From the IMG/VR virus record IMGVR_UViG_3300022837_000037, positions 1-34,226 of that record: a DNA stretch of 34,226 nt, one strand, 5' to 3'. Below, piece after piece: positions 9,901-17,100 of the stretch (its first letter is position 1; the number at the start of each line of letters is the position of its first letter). The translations under genes were made by a program, and so were the position numbers. This DNA comes from a virus (Duplodnaviria; Caudoviricetes). The notes under the pieces are model-generated. The model did not search any database and had not been told where the DNA came from. It worked only from the letters and a program-made list of their open reading frames with translations.

Positions 9901-12900
9901 GCTCTTCCGTGCTCAGGGAGCTGACAAGGCCAAAGAGCTGGATACAAATGTCGCAGAGCAGATTAGCTCACTTCGCGATTCAAATGTTAACTCTCAGGCA
10001 GCAAGCGTATTCGGAGACATGACCGACGCCGAGATTGCTGAGTCAGCAAAGCTCGTTGCAAATATTGACGAAGCCAAAATAGATGAACTTGTAGACGCAG
10101 CCTTTGGCGGCGGTATTGAGGGCATTGACAGCCAATCTATTGCAGACAAGCTTAAGGAAAACCTAAAGCGTCGTCGTAACGAGCTTATTGAAATATATGG
10201 ACTTGACGATGCACCTATTGAAACTCCTGCTGCGTCAGAGGGCGGTCCAGAGAAGGTACTTCTTTCACTTGACGACATAGACCCAGAAGACCTAATTGAC
10301 GACCTTGATGCTCAAATTCAGGATGCAATTGCTACTGGAAACAACATTGTCTTCACGTACAACGGCAAAACAGTAGACCTTTCCCCAGCAGAAGTGAAAA
10401 CTTCCCAAACTGGGAACGTCGCTGTTGGTGGGACACTTCCTAATGGGAAGTTCTACGCATACAGCCTGTCAAAGATGGAGCAGGCGAATGACACCCCCTC
10501 CGAGGCAACTACCCCCGACCTAGCCACTCCAGAGACGCCAAGCCTTATAACTGTTGACACGGAAATTGAGCCTGTCGAAGCACAAAAGCCAACTGAAGTG
10601 CCTCAAGACCAAAAGCAAAAACTTCTTGAAAAAGTTGAAAACATTGCTGAGGCTTTGTTCGGCACAAAAGACCCCGAAAAAGTTAAGCAGATTCTTCAAG
10701 GATTTTTAGATAACGAGGTAGAAGACCCAGAACTTGTTCAGTCTATCCTTGACGACCTGAACAGCCCTGCGCCTGCGGTTGTGCCTATAGAAGCCCCTAT
10801 AGAAAAAGCTGATGCCGACATAAAACAGTCTCTCGTCCCAATTGACGGTGACGAAGACATCCCTGCAGCTGAAGTCTCCAAAATTGACCTTGACGAGCTT
10901 TCCCAAGAATTGGCCAATCCTACAGACCCTGACTTAATTTGGGCAAAGGTTATTGAGGATTATGAAGGCAGCGTTTTGGATAACGGCCACGTTGTCGTGT
11001 CTTCTCTCAATTTTGGTAGCAAACGTTTAGATGTGCTTGTTAAGCGCAACTCCGATAACACCTTCAGCATCTATCACCGCGTAACAGACGAGGAGACGGG
11101 GCAGACTAGAGTTAAAGAAATGAAGGGTCGTTGGCACTCTTTCACGGCACTAGATAGCCGAATTTCTAATGAGATTTACAAGAGCCAGAACTTCCCAAAC
11201 AAAATTGCTTCAGTGTCTAAAAAAGAAGGAGTAACAACGCTTCAGCCTTCTATGCCTCCTAAGCAATCAGGGTCTTACGTATCTGCTGACGGCAAAACTG
11301 TTGTCAAGGTTGGCATGACTGTTATTAACACTAAAACAGGCAAAAAAGGTATTGTAACTTCTCTAAAAGACCAGTATGTTGTTAAAGCTGGCGGCAAGGT
11401 CTACACCTACACAGACGTTGCAAAGGTAAAGTTTGAAGGAGAAGCTAAAGCAAACTGGAAAGCTTCCACCTTCTTAATGCCTGAAGGCTCTCAATCCCCT
11501 GAGGACGGACCTGACCAAGACTCTGGACAAGAAGGAGACGGCGGCGGAGGCGGAACACCGACCCCACCAACTACTCCCGAGACACCAGCGCCTGAAGCAC
11601 CTACACCCGAGCCAGAAGAGGTACAACCAGCTGAAGCAGTGGCCCCAAGCGGTCTTACCCCAGAAAGTAGCCTGTCTGAAGTTGAATCTGTAGCTGTAGA
11701 CAAAAACTCTGCAATGCATACTTCTTACTTTGGTGCTTCAAATAAAAGCGAGTACAAAAACCTTGTTAAAAAGTACTTGGTAAAAGACGCAACATCCACT
11801 GGTCAGAATATGCTCCCTGGAATTATTGCTTCTAACCAAGACCCAGACGCGCCAAACCCAGAACTTGCAAGCCACGGTGTCATAACAAAGACTTTCCCAA
11901 GCGAGCTTGCCGTAGAGGTTACGTACTTCGACGGGCCAATGAAAGGCACTACTCAAAAGCTAGAACAAAAAAACGTATGGAGCCGCGAGAAGTTTTTAAC
12001 TAACGAGCAGTCCAAAGAGCTGGGGATTGAAGTAGACGACTCAATTCGTACTGAAGCTATAAAGGCTCAGGGTGCCAAAGCTGAAGAGGCAAAGAAGCAA
12101 GCCGTTGCTCAAGCAGCACAACAAAAGAAGCAAAAAGAGGAAGCTGCTAAAAAAGCCGTAATCGAGAAAGCCAAGCAAGACTTAGCGGATAAGTTCACAG
12201 TTGAGGGCCCTGGGTTTGCTGTAGAAACTCTAGAGGGTGACGCAGATTGGAGCTCGACTCCGCTTGCGCAAGTTCCTAGCCTTAAGAGTGCTCTTGACAA
12301 AGTAAACTCTGGTGACCCTATAGACGCCACCAACGGCGCTCAGATTATGCTTGACAGCGCGGACATAGAAGACTTAAAAGTTCGTATTCAAAAAGTAGAA
12401 AAAGACGGCGCAAAGCAAATCCGTCTTTCCTTTAAGCTGACTAACTGGGCAGGGAACGCTTGGACTAAAAAGCTAGCTAAGCAACAGTTATCTGATGTTC
12501 AAGACACATCCAGGCTAGATAAGTACAAGGTCAACCCAGACGGTTCTCTTGTTTTTGAAAAAGAGTGGAACTCCAATGACGTTGATGGATACAGTAAGGG
12601 CCGTACATACAGAGGAGACCTTACTGATGGCAAAGGTAAGTTCCAATTTATTAGGGCTAACCGAAGTGGAAACACTCCAGATTTCTTCAATAAGGGTGGC
12701 TCCCACAACGGCTCGGTGTCTCTTCACAACAGAGTAGAGCTTCTCTTGCCAGAAGACGCTACCCCCGAGGACATTGCAGCTGCCCTAAAAGAATTGACTG
12801 CTATCCAAGAAGTACGCCCCGCTATGAAGTCAGACTTTAAGGGAGTAGCGGAAAACAAAATTATTAGCCTCTTTGGCCAAAAAGGCAACGGAGCAAAAAA

Positions 12901-13588
12901 CTACGAGGGAGAGCTTCGTAAGCAGATTCTTGATGAAGTAGAGAAAAACTACGGCTTTACTGCCGATAACATGGAAGTCCGTGTAGACGAGCAGCAAAAG
13001 GGTATTATCCAGTATCTTCTTCCAGAACAAGTTGCAGAGCAGCTAGCGGCAACATACGGAGTTGACTTCTTTAAGCACAACTTTGCTGACAAAAATCTAC
13101 CTAATGACGACAAAGAACGTGCAGACTTTGTCTACGATTTGCTATTCAAAAAGGGTGGCGGATTGTACTCCACAGTTACTCGTTGGAGCGAAGGTATAAA
13201 CACCTCTGGGCAATCAAGCTCCTCTGACCTTGCGGGAGTTGGAGCAGGGTACATTTTTACTTCAAAAGTTTCTTCTATGGAACTGAACGGCGTTTCCTAC
13301 AAAAGTTTAAACTTCTTCTTTGACGGAGTCCAACTTATTCGCCGCCCCGAGTTTTACGGTTCTAGCTATGACGCATGGGGTAAAAAAGTAGCCGATACTG
13401 ACTACTTAGAGCTTCTAAAGAATAAAAACCTATCAGAAGTACTGTTCAAGGAGAATCTCAGCTGGGCAGACCTTTCTGGGATAGCCTTGGACTCATCGGC
13501 TAGGAAGTTTTTATTAGAGCGGCTAACAGCAGAAGGAATCACCGAGATTTCTGGAAAACCCGTAGAAGAAATGTTTGGAGTTAAGTAA
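3992..13588 (+). CDS. giant (~3198 aa) multi-enzyme virion-associated protein: DEDDh exonuclease + Nudix + kinase-like + WYL-like + SH3/KOW-like + possible ART-like C-terminus
   Basis: Uninterrupted 9.6-kb ORF. Start reassigned to ATG 3992, which overlaps the previous gene's end. Domain motifs are listed in the sub-features. Sits between portal and protease, the usual MuF/minor head position. Confidence 0.85.
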   Translation: MSNEYPIKPATHTLSFDGQNASIIRDILSSLAELNEGHRASRRVTAGMAKKVATRSLAKTADQTYSLRRHRAFSDLSDFAALAQLDKGLTASAHTNLLPVSHPRSTRKSAMDWKELRKAQARWFADDSRVTDPLVGPLLASAFTAELGSSAHQYAVARLNAMGPTQVPLVALVAAFKMGGNKGFWRFQLRDSEGKFANMFGGIRRLVRRINGTVSWLAGRVVSTNPNNKTFIQELPDGRLIRTAASAGKSVKAILPNQQDAQGFSKTPAKSAADSDVVDEADLEFVDSPDGYKKDPSYKPTQEDIDYYGPKIDLGTKFVDDNDNYEVLKFDNGANVAARNKFEAQQQKEAEGNNVVALGMAEDGELNPALPVYFVRRKDDKDKDFAVAQSWADVQDFIAKDEDLYEAGEPADPQRPSRSAGLLDPELKVGDKVDTANFDGEEIPGDENASKSLQTAYQKKLKSFKDAGGEFPLDPTRSHFMLEDGTVIDSETGRVLRDSVGNANPDAWLDDFDEQGTQKDEEAPAAATDDTPETESPSVPANYYEIDTNASYEPQGATEGQESEDFTDDPAALSEEFSAKDLVNALNEGVVGSDSVPGNGFGYLDFSDGAEIVPVEAIYEALNEKGEDAKAILDDIYKVGNGDLGTKVPKGTKEALGDELPEAAKAEPTGKKLPPLIEGMTKDEQQAFLDSGEYKAYLPENKAYSDSDVPEGYSAIDEAPFNEIEGDTPQDAPQGFSVSPVDIANDYKNEELIKELRRSIEPGNATPGYGILGMDTPEGEQYLANVPAEAIRDALQLQGVDTDELIDAIYAEGLKGQNFDEPTNAQIQDAIDGEDVEEVEATPEETPVAELPAADEPVAAADTATSTSEISTGEPDGPALLSASAENLKAGDITFSDNFVIENVFSDADSEAQKPGSVWIEGYYPGHQTQKTKLWGKNVQIKVYRNVEAPAKGDLPVLSKPKPKEFDPEGKIFKDKNLGVFVPKDAEARSKFLDALDEYNKNLAQAQGLWTEPDIQTLAVWQTEEVALPFSPATPVGVTTVKATEVKAGDVTFKKEWGSDFYEYFIIEGVEEVDGKAVVKGYYPGHVSQTKEWNATTEITVMRGASNLPAPGEKPALSRPDKTDLDLVEKKAAFKEAKKLSAEGFTPPIDPDSVSTAQTGATDKPKKKTPSKPKPPAFPAFSGDRLKQIEIEAAGDPTKFLELLEKEEIIYLDFETAADGAFEGQTPIQVAWTKIKDGLSTGVGAYWMNPEVPLSDFYKNADPDETLKDPSGKPVSNEFLAEQPSIQEQMTKLLEKIGPDTIVLAHNVPFDGGIMKRFAQKFNLQYNPGGEIDTLSLARLVINGGYKAHTLQNVASRYGIVPNGSWHDAVTDSDVLPPILKNLLEEMSKTKQGLSALNVDANMQKYEEELVKFKAAQAKKDLADTSLPVSKIVKDTFGGDAKVSTVDEIIKTMPKVRPTSDEVTSATAAAKVDLGDGDLEIQSVLGDSISNNWVNDNENTTSLGKVPVEQWQAGDFLRAPSGGWFEVLEVVEDPADSDNMFVRRRLLINGKEYGMNKSWVKFQAYEIRRRNGEVDAPVIEEAAPNVDTETTIEKWQSYDIKQDADGVYYADGISSSDVQKLRNGLMTPPQLPFFAPMGGGNNLDQGDGYFFSANGQRFWGKFGAAGALVRRKNNEGVFEYFLAKRSSGLSQGGGKWGYPGGAHKDKGDSEENNGIITAINEFEEEVDGDLSPDFVVPVGQFDNQVAPDWTYNTHLFEVGPGQLNDLSLKDGENSEIGWFTADQISKMASQGTLQDNFAQTADVLLGLALDEPTTTEPDEITIPEAQSGSLGQVFDTSKWKKVAGQAGSNQGAFYVDPDSGQQYYVKTPQSESHAANEVLASALYEEAGLDVGRSYIGKNKAGKMVIVSPFIDGTDGTLGQIAPNQNITDEIKKGFAVDAWMNNYDVIGLEKDNIVVANAKPFRIDAGGALLFRAQGADKAKELDTNVAEQISSLRDSNVNSQAASVFGDMTDAEIAESAKLVANIDEAKIDELVDAAFGGGIEGIDSQSIADKLKENLKRRRNELIEIYGLDDAPIETPAASEGGPEKVLLSLDDIDPEDLIDDLDAQIQDAIATGNNIVFTYNGKTVDLSPAEVKTSQTGNVAVGGTLPNGKFYAYSLSKMEQANDTPSEATTPDLATPETPSLITVDTEIEPVEAQKPTEVPQDQKQKLLEKVENIAEALFGTKDPEKVKQILQGFLDNEVEDPELVQSILDDLNSPAPAVVPIEAPIEKADADIKQSLVPIDGDEDIPAAEVSKIDLDELSQELANPTDPDLIWAKVIEDYEGSVLDNGHVVVSSLNFGSKRLDVLVKRNSDNTFSIYHRVTDEETGQTRVKEMKGRWHSFTALDSRISNEIYKSQNFPNKIASVSKKEGVTTLQPSMPPKQSGSYVSADGKTVVKVGMTVINTKTGKKGIVTSLKDQYVVKAGGKVYTYTDVAKVKFEGEAKANWKASTFLMPEGSQSPEDGPDQDSGQEGDGGGGGTPTPPTTPETPAPEAPTPEPEEVQPAEAVAPSGLTPESSLSEVESVAVDKNSAMHTSYFGASNKSEYKNLVKKYLVKDATSTGQNMLPGIIASNQDPDAPNPELASHGVITKTFPSELAVEVTYFDGPMKGTTQKLEQKNVWSREKFLTNEQSKELGIEVDDSIRTEAIKAQGAKAEEAKKQAVAQAAQQKKQKEEAAKKAVIEKAKQDLADKFTVEGPGFAVETLEGDADWSSTPLAQVPSLKSALDKVNSGDPIDATNGAQIMLDSADIEDLKVRIQKVEKDGAKQIRLSFKLTNWAGNAWTKKLAKQQLSDVQDTSRLDKYKVNPDGSLVFEKEWNSNDVDGYSKGRTYRGDLTDGKGKFQFIRANRSGNTPDFFNKGGSHNGSVSLHNRVELLLPEDATPEDIAAALKELTAIQEVRPAMKSDFKGVAENKIISLFGQKGNGAKNYEGELRKQILDEVEKNYGFTADNMEVRVDEQQKGIIQYLLPEQVAEQLAATYGVDFFKHNFADKNLPNDDKERADFVYDLLFKKGGGLYSTVTRWSEGINTSGQSSSSDLAGVGAGYIFTSKVSSMELNGVSYKSLNFFFDGVQLIRRPEFYGSSYDAWGKKVADTDYLELLKNKNLSEVLFKENLSWADLSGIALDSSARKFLLERLTAEGITEISGKPVEEMFGVK
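7616..8150 (+). other. DEDDh (DnaQ/PolC-epsilon-like) 3'-5' exonuclease domain within giant ORF
   Basis: ExoI IIYLDFET, ExoII VLAHNVPFD, IDTLSLAR, HTLQNVASRYGI, ExoIII WHDAVTD; all catalytic D-E-D-H-D positions present. Confidence 0.9.
8927..9420 (+). other. Nudix hydrolase domain (actinobacterial MutT3-like) within giant ORF
   Basis: GDGY..FWGKFGAAGALV..LAKRS...GGKWGYPGGA..TAINEFEEEV..WTYNT; resembles the GDGW..WGRYGAAG..GGTWGLPGGA pattern of mycobacterial MutT3. Nudix box is degenerate. Confidence 0.8.
9500..10200 (+). other. HipA/PI3-4-kinase-like domain within giant ORF
   Basis: Gly-rich GQAGSNQG, YYVK lysine, NEVLASALY helix-C glutamate, DAWMNNYD..DN catalytic loop and IDAGG DFG-equivalent, in kinase order. 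Confidence 0.7.
10316..10490 (+). other. WYL-like domain within giant ORF
   Basis: IQDAIATGNNIVFTYNGKTVDLSP...GKFYAYSLSKM parallels the WYL pattern AI..(F)xY..VxP..R.FRLDRI but is degenerate. Confidence 0.45.
13070..13500 (+). other. possible ADP-ribosyltransferase-like fold at C-terminus of giant ORF
   Basis: FKHN ... GGLYSTxxR ... GAGYIFT ... SEVLFK gives an H / GLxS / aromatic / E order reminiscent of ART folds. Inference only. Confidence 0.4.
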
Positions 13589-13896
13589 TGAAAGACAAGA
13601 GACTAATTTTTAAAGGCGAAGGTATTCTTGAGAAAACTTCTAGCGAGGGGGTCTTCAAACGGTACATCTTTGGGGCCACTCTTACCTCTTCACCAGACAA
13701 CCCAGACGACTATATTACTGTAGACATGAGCGACTACGGATACGACTTCTTGGTTGATAGCGAGGATGTCACTATTGATTCAGACGGTATAATTACCTTT
13801 GAAGCTTTCGATGCTCAATACGTTATTCGTAAGGTGTCAGAAGCAGATGACTTACGAAATCTTAATCCAGAATTAGAAGACAGTGAGGAAGCCTAA
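13588..13896 (+). CDS. small acidic hypothetical protein (102 aa), translationally coupled to giant ORF
   Basis: TAATG overlap at 13586-13590; D/E-rich. Confidence 0.8.
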   Translation: MKDKRLIFKGEGILEKTSSEGVFKRYIFGATLTSSPDNPDDYITVDMSDYGYDFLVDSEDVTIDSDGIITFEAFDAQYVIRKVSEADDLRNLNPELEDSEEA

Positions 13897-14177
13897 TGGC
13901 AGAAACTCAGGGCACTGAGATAATGCAGTCTGTGGAGGCTTTGGTCGATACCAGCATAGACCAGGTAGTCACTATTGTCTACGATGTTGAGAACCTGGGA
14001 ACCTTTTTCAGAATTGATGGCAGGTGGAGACTGGGCACCCCCGAGATTGCTGCCGAGTTTGATGACACTGAGATTACAGAACTTGACTATGACAAATCTG
14101 TGGAACTTGTAGCACGTTTTGATGACAACGAGCTAATTACCTCCAAAGACTTGGCTGACTACGAGAGAAGCGAATAA
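13896..14177 (+). CDS. small acidic hypothetical protein (93 aa); resembles a module inside the protease polyprotein
   Basis: TAATG overlap at 13894-13898; GTFFRIDGRW resembles VTFIRKPGKW in the downstream gene. Confidence 0.8.
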   Translation: MAETQGTEIMQSVEALVDTSIDQVVTIVYDVENLGTFFRIDGRWRLGTPEIAAEFDDTEITELDYDKSVELVARFDDNELITSKDLADYERSE

Positions 14178-14180
14178 CAC

Positions 14181-17100
14181 ATGGAATTCCACGGCAAGCA
14201 CGAAACCCGACTCCTGTACACAGACAACGAGCGAGCTGTCATTGTTGATACCTTGTCCAACACGGTTGTTTCCATTGACGAGTCCGAGACTCTTATTGCC
14301 TCAGCGCAGTGGGATGCTTCAGTTGCCGAGCCTGAGGGCCCTTCGGCAGAATTGGCTAGAGCCGCTGTCACCGAACTAGATATCAAAGTTTTATCTGCTA
14401 ATGACCGTATGTACACAATTCCTAAGTCAGTTGTCTCGGAAGCAAAAAGAGGGCTAGCTTGGAGAAAAGAAGAAAAGCGCGGCGGCACTCCTGTTGGTCT
14501 GAATAATGCGAGGACCCTACTTGCAGGCGGCCAAGTTGGTATTCAAAAAGTACGTCACATTGCTAAATATTTCCCTCGTCACGAAGTTGACAAGAAGGCA
14601 AAAGGCTATAAGCCTGGAGAAAAAAACTACCCATCTAACGGTCGTATTGCTTGGGCTCTTTGGGGTGGAGACGCTGCACAGCGCTGGGCCTCTGCCATTG
14701 TTGAGCGTGAGAATGCTCAAGGAGCTTTAACCTCTGGCGGGTATGACGAGTACTATGCCCAAGAAAAACTTGACTACGGCTCCTATGCTGCTACTGGAGT
14801 AGAGCCTGACTTCTACATTCGCATAAATCTAACCACTGGCGGCATTGACCGCTTATATAAGGTAGACGAAGACGGAACTTGCAAGGTTTGGGACAACTGC
14901 TCTTGGGAAGATATGGGCAACGTTGAGAACGATTTTGAAACTTACGACAAAGCCCTAGACGGTCCGTACGACAGAAGCCAAAAAACCTATATTCCTGTTG
15001 ACCGAGACACTGCTATTGCTTGCTCTGCAATGTTAGATAACGCTCCTATGGAGCCAGTGTTCCTAAAGCAGATTAACTTTGACGAGACAGAAATGTTTGA
15101 AGCAGCAATGCCAGAGCTTGACTTTGAATTGCTAGACCAGTTTAGTGACGAGACCCCCGACTTCCTAGAAGAAGAAGACGAGTTCGACGACGGTCTTATG
15201 GCCTCAGGCGTAGCAATGTTCGCTGAGCAGCCTTCCGTTGACACAAGTCCAGGAGTAGACACTCCAGAAGAAAGGTCAGAGCGAGCCGAGACACAGGTTC
15301 GTGACATGATGGGCCGCTTCTCAAAGAACGGCTCTACAGTAATTATTGGCGGAGACGCTAACTATAAAGGCGTAATAACTGCGCAAGACGCAAAAAACGA
15401 GACTGTAACTGTTGAACTTGCTAACGGCGAGTCCGTAACAGTTGCTGGTGGCTTAACTCAGCAGATAGATACTTTTAAGTCAGTGGCTACGTCTGACTTT
15501 CCTTCTAGCAACCTAGATTTTAGTGGAATCCTTGGTCAGCCAAGAACTCCTATTGACCAGCCAAATGCCCAGCTTCCTGGAACACTTCCGCCCCTATCTG
15601 CTTCTAATGTGAACACATTAGTTGGAGACTACAATTCTTGGGCTGGAGACCAAAGGTTAGCCCCTGAGTACAGCGGTGACCCAATTCCTCCGTTTGTTCC
15701 TAAAGCTGTGCCAGATATCAACACTGCGCTGGGACGCTACCACAAGGGCTCTTTTAACCCAGATGGTACGGCTAAGCCTGGATGGAGCCCTGCTACAACA
15801 GAAAACGTCTACAACGAGCCACTTCTTCGCGACTGGTTAGATTCTGTATACGGTGATAAGTCTGGCAAAGGCTCTGGACAAACTTACTCAAGCTGGTACA
15901 CACCTAAGACTTACTCTGGCATAGACGTAGATGATAAAAAGTCTCGTAACGAAGTAGTTGGGTCTAAAAACCGAAGTGATTTGGATAAAAAGTTTGACCC
16001 AACTCGACTCTCTGTCGAAGGACTCACCGCAGCTGCAGACGGCAAAGCCCGTGAGCTAACCCCAGAAAGCACTGATGTTAAGCCTTTGTACTTGGCTATT
16101 GTCGCCGATGACGACCCTCAAGCGGTAATGAACCTAGTTTGCCTAATCCCAGCAACCACTAAGACAACAGTTCCAGTTACCTTTATTAGGAAGCCTGGCA
16201 AATGGGTGAAAGATGCGCAGATTCTTGCCGATTTAAACAGCCCTACCCCCCCTCCTGTAATTGTGTTAGACACAGAGAACTTGGCAGTTGTTACGGAACA
16301 GATTGACGGAGAGTCAGTCACGGCGAGTGTAACCGTAAAGTCACATTTTGCTTTGACCAACAATTCAATAATTTCTGCACTTATGGCTGCTGGCGGTGCT
16401 GACCGCAACAAAGGCAACGCTGGAGCCCTGCGCCGTTACTGGACTGTAGGAAAAGGCGGACTTAAGATTCGCTGGAACACTCCTGGCGACTGGACCCGAT
16501 GTAATCGTCAGCTTAAGAAGTACATGGGCCCACGTGCAAAGGGCTACTGTGCTCTTCGTCACAAGGAGATGACTGGCGTATGGCCTGGAGACAAGAACAA
16601 TGTTGGGAAGAAAAAGGGTAAAGCCCTTAAAGCTTCTGCAGAGAAGCAGACCACCGAGCTATTTGGCCTAAAAACAGAAGCTGCCATTATTGAGATGGCA
16701 ACCTTACGTGCCCGTGCAACCTCGGCTAAGTCCAGAATGGCAGGGCGAATTGCCGCTACCCCTACAGAGCACGGTGCAAAGTTCTCGATTCCTCTAGTAA
16801 TCCCCGAGGGCACCGAGACTGGCGACGGACGTATCTTCCAAAAGGGCTCTATTTCTATGAGAGACCTTCCGTTACCACTTTTGTGGCAGATTAAAACGGG
16901 CAACGGTCACGACGGTTCTGTAGTTGTGGGGCAGATAACTTACATGGAGCGAACCGATGAGGGCATTGGGAACGCTATAGGTGTCTTTGATTCTGGAGAA
17001 TTTGGCCAAGAAGCAGAGAGGCTAGTTCGCTACGGTTTCATCCGCGGAGTGTCTGCCGACATGGATAAGTTTGAAGCTGATGAAGAAGCTCCAGAGGATA

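Noticed and set aside
11480-11640. Gly/Pro/Thr/Glu-rich tract in the giant ORF
   Set aside because: Ordinary flexible linker; no exact DNA repeat.
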